Of a stretch of DNA of 64,000 nucleotides, positions 10,632 to 20,024 are shown piece after piece. The translations under genes and the position numbers were made by a program. The DNA is from an uncultured Eubacteriales bacterium (GTDB taxonomy: Bacteria > Bacillota > Clostridia > Christensenellales > Borkfalkiaceae): contig CASELQ010000002.1 in the NCBI GenBank assembly GCA_949288785.1, positions 691-64,690 on the forward strand, given 5' to 3'. The notes below the pieces were generated by a model. That model did not search any database. It was given only the letters and a program-made list of their open reading frames with translations, and was not told the origin of the DNA. Every line of letters starts with the position of its first letter. Position 1 is the stretch's first letter.

Positions 10632-11518
10632 ATTTACTTGGCATAACGCTGGATAACCCCGTAATTCCCGCAAGCGGGACTTTCGGGTACGGGTATGAGT
10701 TTGCAGATTATTACGATATAAACGTATTGGGCTCGCTTTCCTTTAAGGGCACCACCTTAAACGCGCGTTTCGGGAACGATACGCCGAGAATTGCCGAATG
10801 CCCTTCGGGGCTTTTGAATTCCGTGGGGCTGCAAAACCCAGGGGCAAAAGCGGTGCTAAATACCGAACTTCCCAAACTTCAAAAGTGCTTTCATAAAAAG
10901 GTGATGGCAAACATAAGCGGGTTTTCGGCGGAAGAATACGTTGAATGCGTTAAGATATTGCAGGAAAGCGCGGCGGTGGGCTGGCTGGAAATAAACGTGA
11001 GCTGCCCCAACGTGCACGGCGGCGGCATGAGTTTCGGGACCACTGCAAAGGGGGCGGCGGAGATCACCGCCGCGGTGAAAAAAGCAGCGGTAAAACCGGT
11101 TATAATAAAACTTTCGCCCAACGTAACGGACGTGGCGGAGATAGCCCGCGCGTGCGAGGGCGAGGGGGCGGACGGGATAAGCCTTATAAACACCCTGCTC
11201 GGCATGCGGATGGACTTAAAGACCAAAAAGCCGGTACTAAAAAACGTAACGGGCGGGCTTTCGGGTCCGGCGGTGTTCCCGGTGGCGGTGCGCATGGTTT
11301 ACGCGGTAAGCCGCGCCGTTAAAATTCCGGTCGTGGGCATGGGCGGAATAACTTCCGCGGAAGACGTGCTTGAAATGATGATGGCGGGCGCCGCTGCGGT
11401 AGAGGTGGGGGCGGCAAACTTAACAGACCCGTTCGCCTGCAAAAAGATAATAGAGGCGCTGCCCGCGGCAATGGATAAATATAACATAAAATCATTAAGC
11501 GAAATTACGGGAGGATGA
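10613..11518 (+). CDS. pyrD: dihydroorotate dehydrogenase (class 1B) catalytic subunit
   Basis: Motifs NPVIPASGTFGYG, NVSCPN and GISLINT are present. A GTG start lies 7 nt after AAGGAGG and overlaps the pyrK 3' end by 19 nt. Confidence 0.88.
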   Translation: MADTRVNLLGITLDNPVIPASGTFGYGYEFADYYDINVLGSLSFKGTTLNARFGNDTPRIAECPSGLLNSVGLQNPGAKAVLNTELPKLQKCFHKKVMANISGFSAEEYVECVKILQESAAVGWLEINVSCPNVHGGGMSFGTTAKGAAEITAAVKKAAVKPVIIKLSPNVTDVAEIARACEGEGADGISLINTLLGMRMDLKTKKPVLKNVTGGLSGPAVFPVAVRMVYAVSRAVKIPVVGMGGITSAEDVLEMMMAGAAAVEVGAANLTDPFACKKIIEALPAAMDKYNIKSLSEITGG

Positions 11519-11519
11519 A

Positions 11520-12221
11520 ATGGCAAAGGACGTTATAATAGCGTGCGACTTTTCGGATAAGCGCACCGTGCTTGATTTTTTAGGTACCTTCGGGGAAATA
11601 AAGCCGTTCGTGAAGATAGGTATGGAACTTTTTTACGCCGAAGGACCCGACGTGGTGAAAGAGATAAAGGCGCGCGGACACAAGGTGTTTTTAGACCTTA
11701 AACTGCACGATATACCAAACACCGTGAAAAAGGCGATGAGCGTGCTTTCGGGGTACGACGTGGATATAACCGACCTGCACGCGGGCGGGACCTGCGCCAT
11801 GATGCGCGCGGCAGTAGAAGGGCTTACCCGGGCGGACGGAACCCGCCCGCTTTTGGTGGCAATAACCCAGCTCACCTCTACGGACGGGGAGAGCCTTAAA
11901 AAAGATCTGCTCATAGATAAGCCCATGGAAGAGGTGGTGGAGCATTACGCATTAAACGCCAAAGTTTCGGGGCTGGACGGGGTGGTTTGCTCCCCGCTGG
12001 AAGCGGAAAAAGTGCACGCCGCCTGCGGCAAAAACTTTATTACCGTAACCCCCGGCATTCGCTTTGCCGACGGGGAGGCGGGGGACCAGAAGCGCATCAC
12101 CACGCCGGCAAAGGCGCGAGAGCTTGGGTCCGATTACATAGTTGTGGGCCGCCCCGTAACCGCGGCGGCAGACCCCGTTAAAGCCTACCTGCGGTGCGTG
12201 AGCGAATTCCTTGGAAAATAA
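11520..12221 (+). CDS. pyrF: orotidine 5'-phosphate decarboxylase
   Basis: The DLKLHDIPNT active-site motif is present, and the 233-aa length is typical. Confidence 0.92.
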   Translation: MAKDVIIACDFSDKRTVLDFLGTFGEIKPFVKIGMELFYAEGPDVVKEIKARGHKVFLDLKLHDIPNTVKKAMSVLSGYDVDITDLHAGGTCAMMRAAVEGLTRADGTRPLLVAITQLTSTDGESLKKDLLIDKPMEEVVEHYALNAKVSGLDGVVCSPLEAEKVHAACGKNFITVTPGIRFADGEAGDQKRITTPAKARELGSDYIVVGRPVTAAADPVKAYLRCVSEFLGK

Positions 12222-12241
12222 AAGCGATAAAGGAGATTATT

Positions 12242-12892
12242 ATGACAGACATAAACACCCTTATAGCCAAAGATTTACTGTCGATAAAGGCGGTGTTCCT
12301 CCGCCCGGAGGAGCCCTTTATCTGGGCAAGCGGAATAAAGAGCCCCGTATATTGCGACAACCGTTTAACCCTTTCGGAGCCCCGGGTAAGACTCGACGTG
12401 GAAAACGCCATAGCCGAGACCGTAAAAAAGTATTACCCCTCCGCGGAGATACTTATGGGCACTTCTACCGCGGGCATAGCGCACGCCGCAATTTCGGCGC
12501 ACATTTTAGGGTTGCCCATGGGTTACGTCCGCTCGGGAGCAAAGGACCACGGCAGGCAGAACCGCATAGAGGGCAGGCTTGAAAAGGGGCAGAAAGCCGT
12601 GGTTATAGAGGACCTTATCTCCACCGGCGGCAGCGTTATAGAAGTGGTGGACGCGCTGCGCGAAGCGGGCGCGGAGGTGCTTGGCATTGTAAGCATTTTT
12701 ACCTACGGCATGAAAAAGGGCTTGGAGCGGCTTGAAAAAGCAAACGTAATAAATCATTCGCTCACCGATTTCGATACGGTTGTTAAAGCCGCCGCCGAAG
12801 AGGGGTATATTAAAAAAGAGGACGCCGCGCGGCTTATAGCTTTCCGCAACAACCCTGCGGACGAAAGCTGGATAAAGGGGAGCGTAAAGTAA
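12242..12892 (+). CDS. pyrE: orotate phosphoribosyltransferase
   Basis: The PRPP-binding motif VVIEDLISTGGS is present. The start is set at the ATG preceded by AAGGAG; the longer ORF-track start overlaps pyrF. Confidence 0.9.
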   Translation: MTDINTLIAKDLLSIKAVFLRPEEPFIWASGIKSPVYCDNRLTLSEPRVRLDVENAIAETVKKYYPSAEILMGTSTAGIAHAAISAHILGLPMGYVRSGAKDHGRQNRIEGRLEKGQKAVVIEDLISTGGSVIEVVDALREAGAEVLGIVSIFTYGMKKGLERLEKANVINHSLTDFDTVVKAAAEEGYIKKEDAARLIAFRNNPADESWIKGSVK

Positions 12893-13120
12893 TTTTGCGG
12901 GCGCCGTCAGGTGCGGACAAAAATTATATTCTAAAACGAAAATATGTTTTTAAAAGATGCCGCGCGGGTCGCAGGCAAATGCGGCGCGGGTTTATGTACG
13001 GCAACGCCCGGGCGGGGCATCGTTTAAGCGCGAACGGCAGCCGCATAAAGGCTGTATTGCAGATTTTGCGTATCGCTCGTTTCAACATACGGGCGGTTGC
13101 TTACTATAAGGAGATAAAAT

Positions 13121-14200
13121 ATGAGGAGCATTATAGACATAGTTGACCTTACCACGGAAGAGATAGACGAACTTATCGCGGTGGCGGACGATATTGCCGC
13201 CCACCCAGAAAAATATGCGGACAAGTGCCGCGGCAAAAAACTTGCCACCCTGTTTTTCGAGCCTTCCACGCGAACCCGACTGAGTTTCGAGGCGGCAATG
13301 ATAGAACTCGGCGGCAGCGTTATAGGCTTTTCCTCCGCAAACAGTTCTTCCGCATCCAAGGGCGAGAGCGTGGCGGACACCGCCAAGGTGATAAGCTGTT
13401 ACGCGGACATAATAGCCATGCGCCACCCCAAGGAGGGCGCGCCGCTGGTTGCCGCGCTCAATGCCTCCGTGCCGGTAATAAACGCGGGGGACGGCGGGCA
13501 CAAGCACCCCACCCAGACCCTTACCGACCTTTTAACCATAAAGCGGGAAAAGGGGCGGCTTAATAACCTTACCGTGGGTTTTTGCGGCGACCTTAAATAC
13601 GGAAGGACGGTGCACTCCCTTATAAACGCGCTGGTAAGATACGAGGGGATAAAGTTCGTGCTTATCTCCCCGCAGGAATTAAAGCTCCCGAGTTACGTCA
13701 GATACGATTCGCTGGATAAAGAGGGCGCGGAGTACGAGGAAACCACCGACTTGGAGGGCAGCCTGCCTAAGCTTGACGTGCTGTATATGACCCGCATTCA
13801 GCAGGAGAGGTTTGCCGATTTCGACGAGTACGAAAGGCTTAAGGACAGTTACGTTTTAACGGTGGAAAAACTCAAAAAGGCAAAAGATGACACCATTATT
13901 TTCCACCCGCTTCCCCGCGTGAACGAGATAAGCGTTAAAATAGACAACGACCCGCGCGCGTGCTACTTTAAGCAGGTTTTAAACGGCAAGCACATGCGTA
14001 TGGCGCTTATATTAAAACTGCTTGCCGAAAAGGACAAGGCGTGCGACCTTTTGGGCGAGGGGGTAATAGCGGGCAGATACCGCTGCGAAAATCCGCGCTG
14101 CATAACTTCCACCGAGCAGGAGATAACGCACTACTGCAAAAAGGCGCGTTCGGGAGACGAGGTGTATCGCTGCGTGTACTGCGATAAAAAGGTAAAATAA
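13121..14200 (+). CDS. pyrB: aspartate carbamoyltransferase catalytic chain with C-terminal PyrI-type zinc-domain extension
   Basis: Motifs [13 protein letters not shown] and HPLPR are present. At 359 aa it is about 50 aa longer than usual, and the tail carries C-x4-C...C-x2-C (RCENPRCIT...RCVYCDKK). A strong AAGGAG RBS is present. Confidence 0.9.
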   Translation: MRSIIDIVDLTTEEIDELIAVADDIAAHPEKYADKCRGKKLATLFFEPSTRTRLSFEAAMIELGGSVIGFSSANSSSASKGESVADTAKVISCYADIIAMRHPKEGAPLVAALNASVPVINAGDGGHKHPTQTLTDLLTIKREKGRLNNLTVGFCGDLKYGRTVHSLINALVRYEGIKFVLISPQELKLPSYVRYDSLDKEGAEYEETTDLEGSLPKLDVLYMTRIQQERFADFDEYERLKDSYVLTVEKLKKAKDDTIIFHPLPRVNEISVKIDNDPRACYFKQVLNGKHMRMALILKLLAEKDKACDLLGEGVIAGRYRCENPRCITSTEQEITHYCKKARSGDEVYRCVYCDKKVK

Positions 14201-14336
14201 AGAGCGGAAAACAGATTACTCGTATTTAAGGCGCAAACAGAAGTACGGTTTACTGAAATATCGTTTAAGGAGAATATTATAACCGCACATATTAGAGTGC
14301 GGCAGAGCGCCGGCAGAAAACAGGCGGCAACATGAT

Positions 14337-16295
14337 ATGCAGTTCAAAATAATAAACGGCGGGGTATCCTTCGGGGCGGATACCGTGCTTGAGCGTATAG
14401 ACTTTGAGATAAGAGACAAAGAAAAGATTGCCGTAGTCGGCAGAAACGGCTGCGGCAAGACCACCCTTTTAAAAACCATAACGGGCGAAGTGCCGTTAGA
14501 GGCGGGCACGGGGGAAGAGACCTTTTCTCTTGCGGTTTCGGGCGCGCCCGTTATAGGCTATTTAAAACAGATAGATTTCGAGGACGAAAGCCTTACCATG
14601 GAAGAGGAGATCTCCAAGGTCTTTGCCCCCATATTCGAAACGGAAGCGCGCATGGCGGAACTTGAAAAAAAGCTCCTTACCGAATCATCGGAAAAAACCG
14701 TTAAAAGTTATTCCGCCGCGTGCGAGCGGTATGAACGTTTAGGCGGATATACCTACAAAAAAGAACTTGCGGTAATGATAAAAAAGTTCGGCTTTACCGA
14801 GGCCGATAGAAAAAAGCGGCTGAACGAATTTTCGGGCGGGCAGAGGACGCGTATCGCCTTTATAAAACTGCTTTTAAGCAAGCCCGATATTCTGCTTTTG
14901 GACGAACCCACCAACCATTTGGACGCCGAGACCGTGGAATGGCTGGAAGGGTATCTTAAAAACTATCCTTCCGCCGTGGTGATAGTCTCGCACGACCGAA
15001 TGTTTCTGGATAAAACGGTAAACAAGGTATACGAGATAGAGTACGGCGAAACCAAGTGCTATAAGGGCAACTATTCGGACTTTGAGCGGCTCAAAAGAGA
15101 AGAGCACGTAAAGCGGCAGAAGGATCACGACCTGCAACGCGCCGAGATTGCCCGGCTCACCCGGCTTATAGAACGCTTTCGCTATAAGGCCACAAAGGCG
15201 AAGATGGTGCAGTCCAAGATAAAGATGATCGAGCGCATGAAAATAATAGACGCGCCCGACCGTTACGACCTAAAGACCTTTCACGCCCGGTTTAAGCCCG
15301 CGTTTACGGGCGGAACGGAGGCGCTTATCGTTTCAGAACTGCAAATAGGTTACGGCAACCCGCTTGCCGAGGTGAGTTTTAACCTTTACCGCGGGGATAA
15401 GCTTGGCATTATCGGCGCGAACGGCACGGGAAAGTCTACCCTTTTAAAGACCCTCACGGGCGAGGTAAAGCCGCTTTCGGGGAGTTTTGCTTTCGGCTCC
15501 AACACGCTCACGGGGTATTTCGATCAGCAGCTGGCGGGCAAAGCGGGAACGGGCACCGTGCTCGAAGATTTTATGAGGGAATTTCCCGCCTGCGGAGATT
15601 TTGAGGCAAGGAGCGCTTTGGGCGCTTTCCTGTTTTCGGGGGAGGACGTGTTTAAAAACACCGCCGATCTTTCGGGCGGGGAAAGGGTAAGGCTTGCGCT
15701 TTGTAAGATCTTCCGTAAAAGGCCCAATTTTCTCATTTTAGACGAGCCGACCAACCACATGGACATAGTGGGCAGGGAAACCCTTGAAAATATGCTTTCC
15801 CTGTACGAAGGCACCGCTCTGTTCGTTTCGCACGACAGGTATTTCGTTAAAAAGACGGCGAATAAACTGCTGGTGTTTTCGGAAGGCAAGGCAAAGTTTT
15901 ATCCGTTCGGATATGCGGAATACGAGGAGATGAGAGCAAGGGAGGCAGGAGAGCTCGAAAAAAGCCTTTCCAACCCCGGCGCCGGCGGCGGGAAAAACGA
16001 GCCGAAAGGCGGAGGCGAGGATACGGGCGGAAAAAAGAAGGAGTTCACCACGCCCCTAAAACAGCTCGGAAAAGACCTTGCGAGGATAAAAAAACTGGAA
16101 CGGCTGCTCTCGGAGAACGAAAAGCGGGCGCAGGAACTCAGCGAAAGCCTTTTAAGTCCCGCCGTGTATTCCGACTATAAGGCGGCGGAGCAGGTGCAAA
16201 GCGAGCTTGAGGAGTTAAAGGCGCAGGCGGAAGAATATTACGAGGAGTGGCTGGCGCTGTCCGAAAAAACGGAAACGGGCGGAAAACAGGCATAA
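14337..16295 (+). CDS. ABC-F family ATPase (two ABC domains, no TMD, C-terminal coiled-coil)
   Basis: Walker A motifs GRNGCGKTT and GANGTGKST, signatures LSGGQR and LSGGER, an inter-domain linker and a charged coiled-coil tail. Confidence 0.88.
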   Translation: MQFKIINGGVSFGADTVLERIDFEIRDKEKIAVVGRNGCGKTTLLKTITGEVPLEAGTGEETFSLAVSGAPVIGYLKQIDFEDESLTMEEEISKVFAPIFETEARMAELEKKLLTESSEKTVKSYSAACERYERLGGYTYKKELAVMIKKFGFTEADRKKRLNEFSGGQRTRIAFIKLLLSKPDILLLDEPTNHLDAETVEWLEGYLKNYPSAVVIVSHDRMFLDKTVNKVYEIEYGETKCYKGNYSDFERLKREEHVKRQKDHDLQRAEIARLTRLIERFRYKATKAKMVQSKIKMIERMKIIDAPDRYDLKTFHARFKPAFTGGTEALIVSELQIGYGNPLAEVSFNLYRGDKLGIIGANGTGKSTLLKTLTGEVKPLSGSFAFGSNTLTGYFDQQLAGKAGTGTVLEDFMREFPACGDFEARSALGAFLFSGEDVFKNTADLSGGERVRLALCKIFRKRPNFLILDEPTNHMDIVGRETLENMLSLYEGTALFVSHDRYFVKKTANKLLVFSEGKAKFYPFGYAEYEEMRAREAGELEKSLSNPGAGGGKNEPKGGGEDTGGKKKEFTTPLKQLGKDLARIKKLERLLSENEKRAQELSESLLSPAVYSDYKAAEQVQSELEELKAQAEEYYEEWLALSEKTETGGKQA

Positions 16296-16420
16296 ATAAG
16301 CGCCGCTTTCGGGAAAATACGCAAAAATGCTTGCAAAACTTTTTTCATGCGGTGTAATTCATAATAGCTTATAAAACAATTCAGAATAAAAAAGTTTCCG
16401 ATTAGAATAAAAAAGTCTCC

Positions 16421-16448
16421 GCGGGGCGCCGCCAGGGCGGCGCCCCGC
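16421..16448. terminator. GC-rich hairpin downstream of the ABC-F gene
   Basis: GCGGGGCGCCGCC/GGCGGCGCCCCGC arms, flanked by A-rich runs. It is preceded by two copies of AGAATAAAAAAGT(T/C)TCCG (16383..16421). Confidence 0.4.
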
Positions 16449-16499
16449 AGAAAAAAACTATAATCAAAAATACAATAAAAAGGTACGGTTATTACGGTT

Positions 16500-18560
16500 A
16501 TGGAATATAAGTACATATGGCTTAAAACGGAAGAAAAGGACAGTTACGCCGAATTCAAAGACGTGTTTAATTACGCGGGCGGCGGCGCCGAGATAAAGAT
16601 AACGGCAGATTATAAATACGCCGTGTTTGTAAACGGCGCGTTTGCGGCAAACGGCCAGTTTGCGGACGTGCCTTCGCGCAAGGCGTTTTCCTCGCACGAC
16701 ATAACAAAGTTTTTAAAAGAGGGCGAAAATACGCTGCTGATAAAGGCGTATCACATGGGGGAAGGGCATTTTCAGTGCTTTCCCATGCCGGCGTCGGTGG
16801 CGTATGCCGTTATATCGGGCGGAAAAACGCTGGTGCGGTCGGGTGAAAAAACCCTTTGCAGAAAAGAAGCGCATTATCTTTCCGGCGATATCCTTACAGG
16901 GCAGATAGGCGAATGGTATAACTATACTTTTACGGCAAAAGAACTGCCTTGGGAGCCGTGCAGGGAAGTGTTCCCCGGGTTTACCCCGTGCGATAAGCCG
17001 GTAAAAAACACCGCCGTGAAAGGTATGACCATGGCGGAAGTAACCGCGCAGGGCACGTTTATATTGAACGGCGGGGAAACTTCCGCCCTTAAAATGCAGC
17101 GGGCGTACCTGTCTTCGCGGCACTTTAACGAGATGACCGGGCAGGATAAGACCGAGCACAACGGGTTTATTCATCCGCTTACCTTTTCGGAACAGGGAGG
17201 GGACGGCATATATATGGTGTTCGACCTTAAAAAGGAATGCGCGGGGTATCTTGATTTTTCCTTAGAGTGCGAAAAGGAAACTTCCGCCCTTTTAGGCTGG
17301 GGCGAGCACCTTACCGACCTGCGCCCGCGCACCTATCGCGGGGGCAGAAACTTCGGGTTCTCGATAAAATTCAAGGCGGGCGAAAACGTGTTTTCCGAAT
17401 ATCTGCGGCGCATAGGCGGCAGATATTTCATACTCTTTGTGCACGCGGACAAAGTGAAGATAAACTATTTCGGGCTGCACAAAGAACTGTATCCATTTAA
17501 CAAGCCCGCCAAGGACTTCGGGGACGGGCTGCTTAACGAAATTTACAAAACCGCAAGGCGCACCTTAGAGCTTTGCGCGCACGAGCATTACGAGGACTGC
17601 CCCTGGCGCGAGCAGGCGCTTTACGGCATGGACAGCCGCAACCAGATGCTGTTCGGCTACGGCGCTTTTCACGAATACGAATATCCCCGGGCAAACCTTA
17701 AAATGTTTGCCGCAAGCATAGAAGAGGACGGGCTTTTCCCCATATGTCCGCCGTCTGTATCGGGGCTTACCATTCCATCGTTTTCCGCATACTGGCTGTG
17801 GGCGGTGTGCGAAAACGCCGCGGCGGACTTTAACGCGGGCTTTATAAAGGAGATAATGCCCGCGGCAAAGCGCGTGTTCGCGGCGTTTATGAAAAACTCC
17901 GACAACGGCGCGGTAAAGGTGTTCGAGGGGGAGCGGTACTGGAATTTCCACGAGTGGTCCGCGGGGCTTACGGGCGCGCGGTTCGACGGCGGCAACAACC
18001 CTGCCCCCAAGGGGTATGACGGCAATCTCACGGCGCTCTTATACCGTGCCGCGCGGGATTTTGCAGTGCTTTCGGAAAAAATCGGCGACGGGGAGTTTGC
18101 GGTAAAGTTAAAGGAGTTTGCCGAAAGCCTTTTCGGCGGAATGCTTGAATTTTACGACGAGAAAGCTGGCGTGTTTGCCTCTTACCGCGAGGGGGATAAA
18201 AAGAGCGGGCATCATCAGCTGACCCAGGCGGTGTTCTTAACGGCGGCAGCGGGGCGGCTTCCCTCCGAAATGGCGGAAAGCGCGCGCAAATCGCTTTACG
18301 AACCCAACGACCTCGTGCCGGTAACGCTGGCGGGGCTTCAGTTAAAATACGCGGCAATGCTCGAAAAAGAAGAGCTGAAAAGCTTTGTGCTCGAAGACGT
18401 GAAAGAGAGATTTAAAAAGATGCTATTTTCGGGTGCCACTTCCTTTTGGGAGACCGAAAAGGGAGAAGAAGATTTCGACGGGGCGGGCAGCCTTTGCCAC
18501 GGCTGGTCCGCAGTGGCGTGTTACGTTCTCGACAATTTATGCGTAAATGTTAAAAAATGA
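16500..18560 (+). CDS. GH78-like (alpha-L-rhamnosidase-related) six-hairpin glycoside hydrolase family protein, no signal peptide
   Basis: An N-terminal beta-sandwich region is followed by an (alpha/alpha)6-type region with EDCPWREQALYGMDSRNQ, resembling the DCPxRE..GD motif of the GH78 catalytic domain. The call rests on pattern recognition only. Confidence 0.55.
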   Translation: MEYKYIWLKTEEKDSYAEFKDVFNYAGGGAEIKITADYKYAVFVNGAFAANGQFADVPSRKAFSSHDITKFLKEGENTLLIKAYHMGEGHFQCFPMPASVAYAVISGGKTLVRSGEKTLCRKEAHYLSGDILTGQIGEWYNYTFTAKELPWEPCREVFPGFTPCDKPVKNTAVKGMTMAEVTAQGTFILNGGETSALKMQRAYLSSRHFNEMTGQDKTEHNGFIHPLTFSEQGGDGIYMVFDLKKECAGYLDFSLECEKETSALLGWGEHLTDLRPRTYRGGRNFGFSIKFKAGENVFSEYLRRIGGRYFILFVHADKVKINYFGLHKELYPFNKPAKDFGDGLLNEIYKTARRTLELCAHEHYEDCPWREQALYGMDSRNQMLFGYGAFHEYEYPRANLKMFAASIEEDGLFPICPPSVSGLTIPSFSAYWLWAVCENAAADFNAGFIKEIMPAAKRVFAAFMKNSDNGAVKVFEGERYWNFHEWSAGLTGARFDGGNNPAPKGYDGNLTALLYRAARDFAVLSEKIGDGEFAVKLKEFAESLFGGMLEFYDEKAGVFASYREGDKKSGHHQLTQAVFLTAAAGRLPSEMAESARKSLYEPNDLVPVTLAGLQLKYAAMLEKEELKSFVLEDVKERFKKMLFSGATSFWETEKGEEDFDGAGSLCHGWSAVACYVLDNLCVNVKK

Positions 18561-18589
18561 GAGCGCCGCGCGTAAATATCAATTAACCG

Positions 18590-18618
18590 TTGACAATTTC
18601 TTAAAGCGGTGGTAAAAT
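18590..18618 (+). promoter_or_regulatory. sigma-A-like promoter upstream of the SIS-domain gene
   Basis: TTGACA, a 17-nt spacer, then TAAAAT. Confidence 0.45.
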
Positions 18619-18733
18619 TATAGTATAATATAAAAAGCGTACCCGCCGGCGGCGTCAGCCGCGGGGAAAGAAACATTCCGGGGCGGGGCGCGTAAAATAT
18701 AAAACAGAATAAATTTTGCGAGGAGTGAAAGAT

Positions 18734-19816
18734 ATGAATTACAAAGACACGCTCATGTGGAAAGAGATAAGCGAAACGCCGCGTATCTTCAGCGAGATAC
18801 AGGCTGCCAACGCAGACGTTATGACAGAACTCGTTTCGGCGATAAAGGCCGCAAAAGCCACCAACTTCGTGGCGGCGGCGCGCGGAACCAGCGACCATGC
18901 GCTCATTTACTTTAAGTACCTTTTGGAAATCACTTCCAATTACACGGTGGGGCTTTCCGCGCCCAGCGTAATAACCCTGTATAAGGGCAAAATAAATTAT
19001 TCCAACAGCATAGTTATAGGGTGCAGCCAGAGCGGCAAGGCGGCGGACGTGTTGGAAGTTATAAGAAAGGGCAACGAACAGGGCGCCATCACCATATCCG
19101 TAACCAACGACAGGGAGAGCCCCCTTGCCAAAGAGGCGAAATTCCACCTTTACTGCAACTGCAAAGAGGAAAAGAGCGTTGCCGCCACCAAGACCTTTTC
19201 GGCGCAGCTCTATCTTTTGGCGTGGCTTGCTTCGGAGCTTGCGGGCAACAAGGCGGACCTTAAAATGCTCGCTTCGCTCGACAAGGATATAGAGCGCGTT
19301 ATCCCGCAGATAGACGAGCTTACCACAAAGTTTGCCGAAAAATTCAAGGATATGAAGAGCGGGTTCGTGCTCTCCCGCGGTATTACTTACGCCATCGCGT
19401 TAGAGGCGACCCTTAAATTGCAGGAAACCTGCTACATACAGATGAAAGGCTACCCGGGGAGCGATTTTTATCACGGCCCCATGGCTATGGTAAACCCCGA
19501 AACGCCGGTTATTATTTACTGTGCCAAAAACAACGGGGACGAGGAGATGCAGAGTATAGTCCGCGCCGATCAGATGAAGTGCGTGGAAAAGATGATAAGC
19601 TTAGGCGCGCCCGTGCTGCTCGTTACCAACGACTGCGTGCTCACCGGCAAATCGCCCCGCTGCTACGATGCGCTTATAAATTTCAGCGTGCCGGAAGAGA
19701 TCATGATGTTTGCGTTCGCGCTGTTTGCACAGATGTTCGCCTGCAAAATTTCCTGCCTTATCGGCAATAATCCGGATGCGCCCCGCGCCCTCCAGAAAGT
19801 TACCATAACCAAGTAA
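18734..19816 (+). CDS. double-SIS-domain sugar-phosphate isomerase/deglycase (GlmS C-terminal-like; FrlB/AgaS-type)
   Basis: The SIS motif GCSQSGKAADV is present in a two-SIS-repeat architecture with no amidotransferase domain. The ATG is preceded by GAGGAG. Confidence 0.7.
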   Translation: MNYKDTLMWKEISETPRIFSEIQAANADVMTELVSAIKAAKATNFVAAARGTSDHALIYFKYLLEITSNYTVGLSAPSVITLYKGKINYSNSIVIGCSQSGKAADVLEVIRKGNEQGAITISVTNDRESPLAKEAKFHLYCNCKEEKSVAATKTFSAQLYLLAWLASELAGNKADLKMLASLDKDIERVIPQIDELTTKFAEKFKDMKSGFVLSRGITYAIALEATLKLQETCYIQMKGYPGSDFYHGPMAMVNPETPVIIYCAKNNGDEEMQSIVRADQMKCVEKMISLGAPVLLVTNDCVLTGKSPRCYDALINFSVPEEIMMFAFALFAQMFACKISCLIGNNPDAPRALQKVTITK

Positions 19817-19870
19817 CGGCGGCGCAGATCGGAAAAACGGCGTAAAAACGAAGTAAATAATAAAACAAAA

Positions 19871-19907
19871 ACGGTGCGCGCCCCGGAATTTCCGGGGCGC
19901 GCACCGT
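19871..19907. terminator. perfect 17-bp hairpin between convergent SIS gene (+) and pdxK (-)
   Basis: ACGGTGCGCGCCCCGGA-ATT-TCCGGGGCGCGCACCGT. A T-run follows it on the minus strand (TTTTGTTTT). Confidence 0.55.
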
Positions 19908-20024
19908 TATGAAAAAAACGTTTAAAAATTTTGAAAACCGAAATTTAATTTTATTCCTTGAAAAACCGCCCGAATTTAACTACGTAATCAAACTGTCGGT
20001 TTAATATTAATCGGACAATATTAA

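Noticed and set aside
12895-13146. An 83-aa ORF in the pyrE-pyrB gap.
   Set aside because: The sequence is Arg-rich and low-complexity with no RBS. It overlaps the pyrB start and its strong SD, so the gap is more plausibly non-coding leader DNA.
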